From positions 151,504,428-151,548,898 of the forward strand of contig NC_068981.1 of the NCBI RefSeq assembly GCF_001194135.2: 44,471 bases of DNA. Direction: 5' to 3'. The number at the start of each line of letters is the position of its first letter. Position 1 is the stretch's first letter. A program made the translations under genes and the position numbers. This stretch comes from Octopus bimaculoides (lineage: Eukaryota). The notes under the pieces are model-generated. The model worked only from the letters and a program-made list of their open reading frames with translations. It ran no database searches and was not told the DNA's origin. This document shows positions 1 to 11,477 of this stretch, in pieces.

Positions 1-969
1 AAACCCGCCTACACCAACAAATGTACCCGAAAAAACACAAACAACAACTACAAGAACTAAGGAAACTGTAAAAGCAAAAGACAATACAAAAACTAATTCC
101 CTTTCTCTCACATCACATACACCACAAGCAGATAATCAACAACCATCAACAACGCACCCACTTCACAAACAAACACACAAGCACACGACATGCCCTTACC
201 CCCTTCGGATTCCTCAGAAGAATCGTCCGAGGACGAAAGTAGCAGTAGTGAGTGGCAAATAGCTCAGAAAGGGCGGAGGAAAAGGAGTAAAAAAAGAACC
301 AAACCAAATGCAAACACCGACAGAGCAGGGAGATATACATCTCCCGAAACCATCGTCTCCAAACATACCACAAACAACATCAACGCCACAAGAACACATA
401 CAGAAAACATGCTCACAGCAATAGACACTACAAACACAGAATTAATGAACTACAGAAATACAAAAACAAACATAACAAAAAACAACATCAAAACAAACAA
501 CCACCCATACACGACGCCACCTAATCATATAAAAATTTACCATATCACGCCAACATTACACCACACTTTAAAATNNNNNNNNNNNNNNNNNNNNNNNNNN
601 NNNNNNNNNNNNNNNNNNNNNNNNNNNNNNNNNNNNNNNNNNNNNNNNNNNNNNNNNNNNNNNNNNNNNNNNNNNNNNNNNNNNNNNNNNNNNNNNNNNN
701 NNNNNNNNNNNNNNNNNNNNNNNNNNNNNNNNNNNNNNNNNNNNNNNNNNNNNNNNNNNNNNNNNNNNNNNNNNNNNNNNNNNNNNNNNNNNNNNNNNNN
801 NNNNNNNNNNNNNNNNNNNNNNNNNNNNNNNNNNNNNNNNNNNNNNNNNNNNNNCCCCAAACGTTTTCGATATCTTTTGATCGTTATCCCCATTTTTTCT
901 CGTCCCCTCGAAAAGAAAAACTCTACATTGTATTTGTCCAATCTATGTTGAGCCCTGTGTGGCTAATAA

Positions 970-970
<1 letters not shown>
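1..970 (+). mobile_element. Probable Tx1/L1-like non-LTR element: low-complexity ORF1-like C-terminal region, a gap, then a 3' end with AATAAA
   Basis: A/C-rich reading frames (NPPTPTNVPEKTQ...; MPLPPSDSSEESSEDESSSSEWQIAQKGRRKRSKK) resemble in composition the ORF1 tail at 26340-26480. The 3' end 933-970 (TTTGTCCAATCTATGTTGAGCCCTGTGTGGCTAATAAA) matches the Tx1 3' end at 28061-28101 and is followed by a (TCTA)n tail. No catalytic motif seen. Confidence 0.45.

Positions 971-1034
<64 letters not shown>
971..1034 (+). repeat. (TCTA)n microsatellite, likely the tail of the preceding element
   Basis: Perfect tetranucleotide run directly after AATAAA. Confidence 0.95.
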
Positions 1035-1166
1035 ACTTTCATTCTTGTTCTGCGACACAGAAAGAAGGCACGCTCAGAAAAAGACAGGACAATTTAGCGC
1101 AAAAAAAGAGCACTCAGAGAAAGAAGGAAATTAAATTTGTATGACACAAATACGCACCAAAAGGTA

Positions 1167-1226
<60 letters not shown>

Positions 1227-1312
1227 GCTACTGCTACTGCTGCTGCTGCTGCTGACGCCGCTATTGGTACTGCTGTTATTACAAGTCCTTACTGCTGCTA
1301 CTGATTCTACTG

Positions 1313-1362
<50 letters not shown>
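1167..1362. repeat. Compound (CTA)n/(CTG)n microsatellite
   Basis: Visible directly; gives the spurious poly-Ser ORF 1131-1316. Confidence 0.95.
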
Positions 1363-1363
<1 letters not shown>

Positions 1364-1460
1364 GGCGTCGATGAAATAAGTACTAGTGAAACACAGGACT
1401 CGATGTAATCGACTCATTCCCTCCCCCAAAACTGTTGCCCTTATGGCAAAATTTGAAGCT
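1363..1460 (+). mobile_element. 3' half of a Nin-type tRNA-derived SINE
   Basis: GTCGATGAAATAAGTAC...GATGTAATCGACT...AAATTTGAAGC matches the other copies here (31201-31409 minus strand; 33433-33613). Confidence 0.7.
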
Positions 1461-1484
1461 ATTCTTCTTATTATTTTCTCATTA

Positions 1485-1800
1485 TTACAGGTTTTGTTGG
1501 AGCTCCTGGAGTCTTGCACGCGTAGCGGTCTTACTACCTGCAGCCTACGGTACCATGCTATCCGTTCTTTTCAGCTACCTAATACTTTCCTGATTATTCT
1601 GGCCGTGCCAAGGAGGCAAACCTTTTGTGTCAGTTCTACTGAGTACCCTATTCTAATTTCCTTTATATTCCACTTCATGCCTTCTCATAATATTCTCAAG
1701 GTTCCCCCAAAATTGTCACTATCTTTACCTTCATTTTCCATAGCCCCAGCACACTAATATTCTAATATCTCGCACTTGAGAGGGTTATAACTATCTATCT
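1485..1800 (-). mobile_element. R4/Dong-like RLE LINE, 3' end fragment
   Basis: Minus strand encodes IGYSVELTQKVCLLGTARIIRKVLG, the C-terminal motif shared with 2131-2343, 11708-11929 and 16076-16217. Confidence 0.8.
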
Positions 1801-1809
1801 TTTCGCCTT

Positions 1810-2022
1810 CCTTCTTGACTATTCGTCGGTTAAATTGTTTGCACTTCTTGTATGGATGGTAAGTCAGGGATCATTCTTAAATAATTTTCAGTTCCTTTTT
1901 TTTATCATTACAAGTGCTCCTACAATCACTGGTATTGTAATTGTCTTGAGATGTCACATCTTTTCGATTTCCATTAGCAAATCTTTATATTTTCTGAGCT
2001 TATCAAATTCTACGTCATATGC
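1810..2022 (-). mobile_element. Second R4/Dong-like RLE-domain fragment
   Basis: Minus strand reads KLRKYKDLLMEIEKMWHLKTITIPVIVGALVMIKK, an RLE C-terminal motif. Confidence 0.75.
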
Positions 2023-2113
2023 TCGTTGGCCCACGGCCATATGGCAAAGTAGTTAAGATCGCCGGCTACTAACCCCAAGATTCAGAGTTCGATTCCAGGT
2101 AGTGACCTGAATA

Positions 2114-2418
2114 AGGAAGAAAGAAAAGTCGTGAGATATGACAGGTTAGCTTGGGAAGTTAAACAGTTGTGGCCGATGAAAAAGATAGCAGTAGTACCAA
2201 TAATTGTCGGAACCCTGGGAACAGTGAGTAAAAATCTCGAGAAGTACGTGGAACAATTTGGGGCTGCAATAAGGGTGGAGCACTTGCAGAAAACATCACT
2301 GCCTGGAACAGCTCGAATACTCCGGAAAGTGCTTGAAAAATAAGAGGTGTTACCTTAGTGCACTGGTAGTGGAGAGCTGACACTGTAGTACATCTCCAGC
2401 GTTAGAAGCTGTGCAAAG

Positions 2419-2420
<2 letters not shown>
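2114..2420 (+). mobile_element. 5'-truncated R4/Dong-like LINE 3' end nested in the (AAT)n spacer of the HHR-SINE
   Basis: ORF 2131-2343 RYDRLAWEVKQLWPMKKIAVVPIIVGTLGTVSKNLEKY...HLQKTSLPGTARILRKVLEK*, then a 3'UTR and (AAT)n. Confidence 0.85.
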
Positions 2421-2503
<83 letters not shown>

Positions 2504-2579
2504 TAATAACAACAACAACAACAACAACAACATCGAAAAATACCTTAGGAATGCGAACCCATTTTCGAAATTTCCCCAA

Positions 2580-2625
2580 GACACCTAATGAAGGCTGAAA
2601 GGTATATCAGCGGAAACATTGTGTT
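2580..2625 (+). ncRNA. Minimal type-I hammerhead ribozyme motif (decayed copy)
   Basis: GACAC-CTAATGA-A-GGCTG(N10)CAGCG-GAAAC-ATT-GTGTT. Stem I is GACAC/GTGTT and stem II is GCTG/CAGC; the core has G5>A and CpG>CpA lesions. Confidence 0.65.
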
Positions 2626-2778
2626 AGTAACAAACAAGATGAGGACAAATATCCGTCAAATGTAAACAATGTAAATAATGTACATAATTCCTCATCTCTT
2701 AAATATAGAACTGAAGAAGAAAGTAAGATAAAATTATTTCATAACTATAAATTATTCTAAAAACACACTCACACGTAC

Positions 2779-2809
<31 letters not shown>

Positions 2810-3129
2810 TATACTTGCAGGTCTAGACATGCTCATATATATTTGAATGATAAACTTCTGGAAAGTTTTATCGAACTTTACAGTTCCAGTGATTGCTTGG
2901 ATATGTACACTTCGAATCAGCTTTCTCTTTTGTTGTTTTGAGAAGCTTAATTTCTCAAGATTGGTACTTAGGCAGTGTGTTACATAATTATAGGTATAAA
3001 CCTAATCTTGTAATTAGGATGTAGTACCTGTAGATTCCTCAATAGTTCAGCTTGGGTACTTTCTTTTTCGCTGATGTATGTATATATGTATGTATTTATG
3101 TATGTAGGGCAGTATGACCGAATGGATAA

Positions 3130-3425
3130 GAGGTTTGTTTTCCAGATTTGACTCCAGTGCATGGTATCTTGAGCAAATGGCAATTTCTATAGCCTCTGAT
3201 TACCCTATACCTATTGAGTAAAATTGTATAGACAGAAACTGAGTAGGGGTAGTCGTGAGGTTTGCACCTGTAATTTAAAAGAAACAACTTTGTCATCTAA
3301 TGATTCTGCCTGAGAATTATTTTAAGGATACACGTGTCTGTGGAATGCTCGTCTGGTTACACGTTTATTCAGGAGCAGGTAATTAAATTTGTCAAACAAC
3401 TGAATTTTCGTCATCAAATGACGGG
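3130..3425 (+). mobile_element. Degenerate CORE-type tRNA SINE
   Basis: GACTCCAGTGCATGGTATCTTGAGCAAATGG...CTATAGCC...GACAGAAACTG aligns by eye to the SINE head/CORE at 23790-23890. Confidence 0.5.
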
Positions 3426-3457
3426 CATCTATTAACTGTATCTATGTATGAATATAA

Positions 3458-3499
<42 letters not shown>

Positions 3500-3793
3500 N
3501 NNNNNNNNNNNNNNNNNNNNNNNNNNNNNNNNNNNNNNNNNNNNNNNNNNNNNNNNNNNNNNNNNNNNNNNNNNNNNNNNNNNNNNNNNNNNNNNNNNNN
3601 NNNNNNNNNNNNNNNNNNNNNNNNNNNNNNNNNNNNNNNNNNNNNNNNNNNNNNNNNNNNNNNNNNNNNNNNNNNNNNNNNNNNNNNNNNNNNNNNNNNN
3701 NNNNNNNNNNNNNNNNNNNNNNNNNNNNNNNNNNNNNNNNNNNNNNNNNNNNNNNNNNNNNNNNNNNNNNNNNNNNNNNNNNNNNNNNNNNNN

Positions 3794-3833
<40 letters not shown>

Positions 3834-5009
3834 AATATATAAACAGGGCAAATTAGACCAATTCCAGGGAAACAAGCCGCCAATCTGTTTCCATCACAAA
3901 TAAATCTTGTAGCTATCAAGAACAGGGTCTAATAATTTCTATATAGTCTATCAACAGGGTCCTCCGTTCACACAGTGTCAAGGCATGATATAATATATGT
4001 AACCTATGTAGTAGATATATAAACACACATACACACACACGCACATACACACACACGCACATACACACACACGCACATACACACATGCACATACACACAC
4101 ACACACACACGCACTTACACACACACACACACACTTAATTTCATGAATTCGCACATCCCGTGGAATTTCCACGTATAATTATTATTTTTATTTGTGTTGG
4201 TGTACATGTTTTGATCTTCATAACATTATTTCACTATGTTAAAAATTTCCATTACATTTTTGGTTTTTGGTTTGGTTTTTTTCTTCGGTTTGTGTTTAGA
4301 AAGCGTTACGTCCGAGTATGTTTCCGCAGGAACGATTGTTTAAAGCGTAGCATTCACATATATATTGTGACAAGCAGAATAACATAGATAGCTACAGTAG
4401 CAATACAGTGAGAGTTAAATGAAACATAATTAAAATGAATAATAAAACAGTCAAAAATACACGCCTGTATTCATATGTATATAGTCATAGGTCGTGTTGC
4501 CTTTTCGGCAGCTCGGAATAAATATCAAACCAATCGGTTTCACAATTTTTACATTTCAATATGCGTTTACAGTATTGACTACATTTTAAAAAGTAGCTTT
4601 TGCTTGTATCCCTCGGCAAATCGAGACGAAGACTTAAACATATTCTGATGAAATGTAAAGAACGAAACGGATCTTCTAACGTTCATTTCAAGTTGCTTAA
4701 AAATTCTCAAACTTGGGGCCTAATTAGTTGGATAAATCGGGCATTAGATAATTTTTTATTGTTGTTTAGGTTCTAGGCAGCTCTTAATGTGTTCACTTGT
4801 CGTCAAAGGAGTGTTCAAACTGTAACCATTCTATATTTGCTCGAGAGACAATATATGCAGGGCTATATTCAGTTAAGAGAGTGTGGCGTATGACTAGGGG
4901 ATTTAGGTGTTATTTGAAAGAGTTTGAACAACTGTGCAGAGCATCCCTCTATCGATATGTAAGTATATATCCTGACTATGCGATAAAAAAATATTTTAAG
5001 AAAGAGGAA

Positions 5010-5190
5010 TCGCGTAGAAGCTGTCAAACTTTGGTTGATGGAATACCTGTCCGGCTAGCACGTACTTTATTGACCCCGAAAAAGGTACATCAGCAAAGGT
5101 AAAACTCAGTCTCAGTAGGATTTGAATTGAGAAAGTGCATGTATACGGTGCTTTTAATCAGCCGCAACTCTGCCCAGCAACCGCTATGAA
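5010..5190 (-). mobile_element. Degenerate Nin-type SINE
   Basis: TTGACCCCGAAAAAGG...AAGGTAAAACTC...GGATTTGAATTGAGAA resembles the minus-strand copy at 31201-31409. Confidence 0.5.
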
Positions 5191-6034
5191 ACCATAGCTA
5201 CACTAACTGATTTTTTTATAATTAAATATAGTTAACCTCTTTTCGTTTGTGTTTGAAATTATATCAACTCTTCCTTCACATTTTTCACTTTCTTTCCTCA
5301 GAAACCATGAGAACTTTTAGATGATCCAACCAATATTAATAAGTTCATTTAAATTCTGTCCACCAGCAATTAATCTGAACCGAATTAAATACCCCATACC
5401 CATACCATAGAACAATTTACAGATTTCACAGTATTCAGCTACTCACAAACTATACAGAACATTCAGAAAACCTGTTAGTGAAAGTAACTATATTATTACA
5501 ACTTATGTCAAGTATGTTCTGTCCACCAGCAAGTAATATGAACTGCTGCCTTTATTTCTTTCTCTCTTTTTTTTTAACATTTGCTTGTTAATATTCTGCA
5601 AAAACAAAAATCTTGGTGTTATTTGTACACACTTGTTCTAAATAACATTCATATCAGGATCAACGTTTTGGCATGATGTTAGTAGAATTAAGTTAGTCTT
5701 TAATAAATAACATGCAATAGGATTAGAAATTTTAATTAGAATTTTGAAGTAAAAAAAATAGCTAAAATGACAGTATAAGCGCTTTTACAATTGTGATTCT
5801 TGATTAATAAGTGAACAGATATATATTAAATAACAAATACGATAAATTCTCCATTTATCGATGTTATTTTCACTTACATTTATTCATACACATCTACGTA
5901 CATACATACATACATACATACATACACACACACCTACATTTATACATACATATATATACATACACACATACATACACACACACCTTCACACATACATACA
6001 TACATACATACATACATATGTGTGCGTGTATGAG

Positions 6035-8030
6035 GCAGATGTGCCTCCTTAGCCATGGTGAGGACAACCCGTCTAGGAGAAGGAAAACTCTGATATAAAC
6101 CAGGTTTGTGGTTGATGAGCACTAGTAGAAAATACCACCATCATGTTTTGATGGAGCGAGTGTACCTCTCATCCCAACACTAAAAACACCCATATAACAA
6201 TGAAGAAACAGTGACATGAACAGGTAAAGTGTGTCACGAGAAGTTCTTAGCTTGAACATCGTACATAGGTAGTAAAAGGTAGATGACCGCTTTACACAAC
6301 ATCTGCAGGTAATTGTGCAATTCGTGTTCTCCTTTCACAGCAAAACAGTCCTGTTTAGGATGGCACTGCCTTCCTCCTATGGAGGCGGGGGTCAAGAAAA
6401 TACGACCTAAAAATTGCTTATTCGCATTGCTCCTTGTTATTAGGTGCAAATGATGAGCATCGAAATCTGCACCAGAAAATTAAGCAAACCGAAAAGAGAA
6501 AACCTTTTTATTGCATCTTGGAATATGAGAACTCTTCAGGACAGCAAAAAAAAACATAGAACGTAGGACCACTTTGATTGCTCATGTCTTGAAGGAAAAA
6601 AATATTAGAATAGTAGCTCTTTCAGAAAACATATTAGCGGACTGTGTCAGCTACTGGAAGATGATGATGATGGATACACTTTTTTCTGTATGGGTAAGCC
6701 TCGTGAAATAAAGAAAGAGGTAGGTGTTTGGTTTGCTATTCGGAATAATCCGGGTGAAGCATCTTGAATCTCTGCCTGTTGGCATTAGTGAAAGACTCAT
6801 GTCATTGCGTATCTGCATTGGCAAAAGTAAATATGCATATAGTTTCAGCAGTACGCTCGAACCATGAACTCAGATGAAGTGATTAAAGAGCAGTTGTACT
6901 CTGTCCTACTCAGCTAGTTGAGAGGTGTGCCCATCCATGATAAACTTTTTCTCCTTGATGATTTCAATGCACGCGTGAGTTGTGATACATCCATATGAGA
7001 TGACGTAATAGGGAAGCATGGTGTTGGCAAGATAAATTCAAACGGCTATCTGCTGGTATTGGTTTTCAATAAGTATGGGCTTTGATTACCATTAATATTT
7101 TCTAGCTTCACAACCACCACAAAACTACCTGAAGCATCCGCAATCAAAACATTTGAAACCATTGATTACATAACTGGGAGGTCTTCCATAAGAGAAGATG
7201 TCCACGTAACAGGTTCTTTCTCCATTGAGAAACTGAGGCAAATGAAACAGATATGGTGGCAAAAGAAGGCACAAGAGTTGCAGGATGCTGCGGACAGATG
7301 TGACTCCAAGTCATTCTACCGAAATTTAAAGGATGTTTTTGGACCTGTGTCTGGTGGCTCAACTCCCATACTTTCAACTGCGGGTAATCTTCTGACAGAT
7401 AAAAAGATCACGAAGCGTTGGGCTGAGAATTTTCAAATGTTTTGAATATGGACTCAACTATTGTTGAAGAACTGATCAACAACCCACCATAGAGGCCTGT
7501 CCTGGAGGAACTGTCATTTTTTCCATCAAATCCTGAATTACGAAAGGCCATAAAACAGCCCACGAATGGAAAGTCGTCTGGGAACGATGTCATACCAACC
7601 GAGATATATAAATGTGGTTGCAATCTCCTGCTGAACAAGTTATATGAACTCTTCTCGTTAATCTGAGAATCAAGATCAGTCCCGCAGGAGTTTAAAGATG
7701 CTTCCATTGTCCATCTTTATAAGCACAAAGGCAACAATTGTGAATGAGACATAGAGATATCTCCCAATTTTTTTTACCGGGAAGATCCTTATCTTAAACG
7801 GACTAAAGCTTAGTCTTGCCTGAATCTCTGTGTAGTAGAGGCACGGTGGATATGACATTTTAGCCTAAGGCAACTGCAAGAAAAGGCTCGTGAGCACAAC
7901 CGAGACCTTTCTGTTTCTTTTGTATATCTAACTAAAGCTTTCGACTCTGTATCTAGGCATGCTCTTTCGGTTGTCCTCAGAAAGTTAGTTGTTCTCGAGA
8001 AGCTGCTCCATATCATCATTTCTTTCTAAT
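6035..8030 (+). mobile_element. Decayed RTE-clade LINE (5'UTR, APE endonuclease, partial RT), 3'-truncated
   Basis: Frameshifted motifs IASWNMRTLQD, DDFNARV, GKHGVGKINSNG, DSKSFYRNLKDVFGP, PQEFKDASIVHLYK, LRQLQEKAREHN and TKAFDSVSR. The 5'UTR assignment (6035-6440) is less certain. Confidence 0.85.
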
Positions 8031-8070
8031 CAGGACTGCCACTTTACGTTGGCAAATAGATTTTACTGTC

Positions 8071-8115
<45 letters not shown>

Positions 8116-8384
8116 AAATACAAATACAAAACAAAATTCATTATACAAATGTACAAGAGATTATTTGATTGATGTTTATGGAAAGAGTAAAATGTATAAT
8201 ATTTCGGATACAGTCCGTCTTCAAATACAAAGTGTAAAACCCAGGAGAAACCGGAGGGAGATGAAAAATAAGCAAGAAGCGGAGGAAAGAAGAGAGCCAG
8301 GAAAAATACAGGTACGACTGGTTCACATGATTGTTCTTTCGCGAACCAATATCCTTCGAAATGTATTTTTTTTATCCTGGGTGA

Positions 8385-8480
8385 TTGTAGAAGACATATG
8401 CCCAAGTTTCTCAAGGTGCCTCACTGTGGGACTGAAAGGTAAACCACGTGGTTGCGATGCATACTTCTTGGCCACTCAGA
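8385..8480 (-). mobile_element. Degenerate SINE head/CORE fragment
   Basis: GTAGAAGACATATGCCCAAG...GGTGCCTCACTGTGGGACTGAA matches 21680-21725. Confidence 0.6.
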
Positions 8481-10238
8481 CTGTAATAAATTAACGACTT
8501 GAACTGTAGTGACAACTTGGTCGATATGATCGATTAGAAGCCTTTGAAGGTTGTATCCTGACATGGCCCTAATACAGTATCCAGATTGAGCTTAAAGACT
8601 ATGATACAAGTGGTCTTATCGATTTCTATGCTTTTCCCGAAAAACAAAAACAAAAATGATATAGAGCATGTTTTTTTTTATCTATGCTGTAATTCATATA
8701 GCAGTAACTTGTGTAAAGCAGACGTTAACACTGAAGGGCTTCAGGCTTTCGGTTGCTTTTGACATATGTACAAATACTTTAAGAATTAAAAAGAGAATCG
8801 CTCTAAGCCAAAGAAGAATATAATATTACATTCTGAAGAAATATCACTGTAGTTTAAATGTTAGCATCGCCGAGTAAATACGTTTGGTTCGATTCTTGTT
8901 TGTGTGACGTTAATATTTGTTTATGTTAAGTTTGAAGTTTTGTCAAGTTCGAAATAATCTTTTGCCGGCTTCGAATGAAATCTTTAGTTCATATACATTG
9001 CAATCACTTTAAAATGTTATGCTACACAAATATAAAAAGGAGAGAAAAAGTTCTTGTTAAACAAGAAAATATAGCGATGTTGATATCTAAGACTTAGAGG
9101 CACATAAGATCGAGGAGTCTATGAATAAGAGTCAACAGTGCTTATAGAATTAGCGCAGGGCATTTAAATCTTGGTAGAGTCAATGCTGATGATAGAACAT
9201 GTAACAACAAATAGCAGGAGCGCCAAATCCGCGACACACCCAGTCAGTCACTTGAGTGATGAAAGCATCGGGAGTGGGGGAATCTTACAGTCATTTAATG
9301 TGTAACAATTTCAAGAAACAATATAGATCGATATCTATATACAACGTCCTCTTGCATTCTCAAAACAGAGATTAAAAGGAATTAACAACAAATTTTCCTT
9401 TTTTATGTATATATTTTAACACAAAACTATTCCTGGTGCTGTTATAACAGTTAATTGCTGACTCCCATTCATATTTCCCACATACCACTTCTAATATCAA
9501 ATTTTCTGTAATATTCCGAAAGCAAAGGGCAAAATTTCTTCTCTGTGAGGTATCCTCTTCACCTCAGAATTCTTTAATCGAACATCCTGTCGCTGCTACA
9601 AGACCACTGAATATATATATANNNNNNNNNNNNNNNNNNNNNNNNNNNNNNNNNNNNNNNNNNNNNNNNNNNNNNNNNNNNNNNNNNNNNNNNNNNNNNN
9701 NNNNNNNNNNNNNNNNNNNNNNNNNNNNNNNNNNNNNNNNNNNNNNNNNNNNNNNNNNNNNNNNNNNNNNNNNNNNNNNNNNNNNNNNTATATATATCCA
9801 TACATACATACATACATACATACATACATACATACATACACGCATACACTGATAGACATGCAATGCACGCACATAGATATGCATTTCTCTCTCTCCATCT
9901 GTTTCACACACACACTCATATACACACACACGTACACATGCAAACACAAATGTATAGGAGAAGAGAAAATAAACGGAAATAGGCGCTACGTAAATAATTA
10001 CAATAGCTTATTTTATTGTATTACGGTGAGCAAGTAATTTCTCACACTCGCACAACTAGAAGTCATGTTTCAGTAACCTGAGTAAGTTTACTGACATAGA
10101 TCTTCGAAGTGAGCTATGACTGCTGAGTGTGTTAAGCTGCTTTTAAATCAGACGGCGCATTTCTATAAGAGTGTATGATACTGCATCTAATGAATACACA
10201 AATATGACAGCACATAAACATATATGCATATACATATA

Positions 10239-10465
10239 CCGTGAAGTATGGTTGCCACCTAAATGTGGCTGACCCATATGGGACGATGCTACTGTAGTTT
10301 ATAGCCCCAGGAAGACATCTTCTCCAGGTGGCTAATGACACACTGTCTGTGCCCGATCAGAATTTGCGTTAGCCAGCTGGAGGAGATGTCTTCCTGGGGC
10401 TATAAACTACAGTAGCATCGTCCCATATGGGTCAGCCACATTTCGGTGGCAAACATACTTCGTGA
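10239..10465. mobile_element. Hairpin MITE (227 bp, about 97-bp terminal inverted repeats), probably Tc1/mariner-type
   Basis: 10239-10335 is the reverse complement of 10369-10465 with only a few mismatches, around a roughly 30-bp spacer. Left flank is TA, right flank is TG. Confidence 0.85.
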
Positions 10466-10515
10466 TGTCGTGCTGCTACTGTTTACATCTCAGAGATTTA
10501 TTATTGCTATGTGTG

Positions 10516-10547
<32 letters not shown>

Positions 10548-11069
10548 TGCGTGCGTGCGTGTGTGCGTGTGTGTATGTATATATATATATATATATATAG
10601 TTCACTTTTCTCTCTTAGTAAAATGAACAAAAAATGTACTCCATCTGATGGGTGATAAATATCGTTTAATGTATGCAATATTTAGTTATAAGCTACTAAT
10701 TGTTTCATACTTTGCATAAAATATCTAGGGAGGTTTTAAAACACGCGTAGTGTTTCCAAGTACTCTCCGGGTTCTGGGCACATGGCCTATAGAAGTTACA
10801 AATTAGGACAATGAAGCAAGAGAAATCATGAAAAAAAAGAAAACGAGGTGAAGGTGGGTGAAAAAGGCGGAATGATAAAAAGTTGGAATAAGAAAGGAAA
10901 AAGAAGAAAAGAAGAAGTATTAGTGTTATGCCTTCTTTAACCGTAAGGCCGTAATGCTTGATGGTGTGGAATCAATGGAAGGGGTATAAAATCTACGATA
11001 CACCTACTCAGTCCGGAGAAGATCGTGTTCTTCAATTCGCCACAAATTATCTGTCCATATGTTTGCATT

Positions 11070-11400
11070 TGAGGAAAATTTCTGATTTGGAATATAGCAG
11101 TGTGGTGGAATTCTTAGATAAAAACATATACGATTTTTCAGTCATGCATAACTTACATTTTTATCAATATGGAATGGATTTTTGAACGATATTCCACTTG
11201 ATTGTTTGACGCGCGGCGTTGGTCTTCAAATCCCATAAGTGGCTAACCAGCTTAGCGGCTTGATTTTTATCCATGTCCCGGAAAGGAGATAGGTGGTAAG
11301 CATAGCGACTTTTGAAATCGTCTTCGTACAACCCGATGTAATTTTTCTTTTCAGTTGTTATCATGTAGCGCTACTATAACTTCTGCTTTATCCAGATACC
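11070..11400 (-). mobile_element. Penelope-like element GIY-YIG endonuclease remnant
   Basis: Minus strand reads KKNYIGLYEDDFKSRYAYHLSPF...LVSHLWDLK...IKWNIVQKSIPY*, then KCKLCMTEKS...LLYSKSEIFLKCKH, the typical PLE C-terminal GIY-YIG domain with Cys/His motif. Confidence 0.8.
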
Positions 11401-11477
11401 TAGGCGCCACCATCTTCCCGCCCAGTCACGTGGTCAAAGAAATTCCCTTTTCTGAAGGAACTGTTGTTGCTGAGCAA

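Larger units (their letters stand above)
2027..2713 (+). mobile_element. tRNA-headed SINE-like element with hammerhead motif (copy 1), interrupted by a Dong fragment
   Basis: A box TGGCAAAGTAG (2042-2052) and B box GAGTTCGATTCC (2085-2096), then an (AAT)n(AAC)n spacer and body/tail CATCGAAAAATACCTTAGG...AAATATAGAACTG, nearly identical to 37697-37881. Confidence 0.85.

Noticed and set aside
2041-2105. Possible tRNA-Ser(ACT) gene (also 37600-37670 on the minus strand)
   Set aside because: Acceptor and anticodon stems do not close, there is no T-run terminator, and it is embedded in a repeated element, so it is a SINE head.
4645-4672. CTGATGA...GAAACG hammerhead-like spacing
   Set aside because: No convincing stem II, stem I or NUH triplet; likely chance or too decayed.
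6362-6417. HDV-like ribozyme pattern in the RTE 5'UTR (CCT-TCCTCCT-ATG...GG-GTC..GAC-CTAA)
   Set aside because: RTE elements can carry HDV-like ribozymes, but this mapping needs mismatches in P2, P3 and L3 and a non-G start for P1. It is not supportable without a family consensus.
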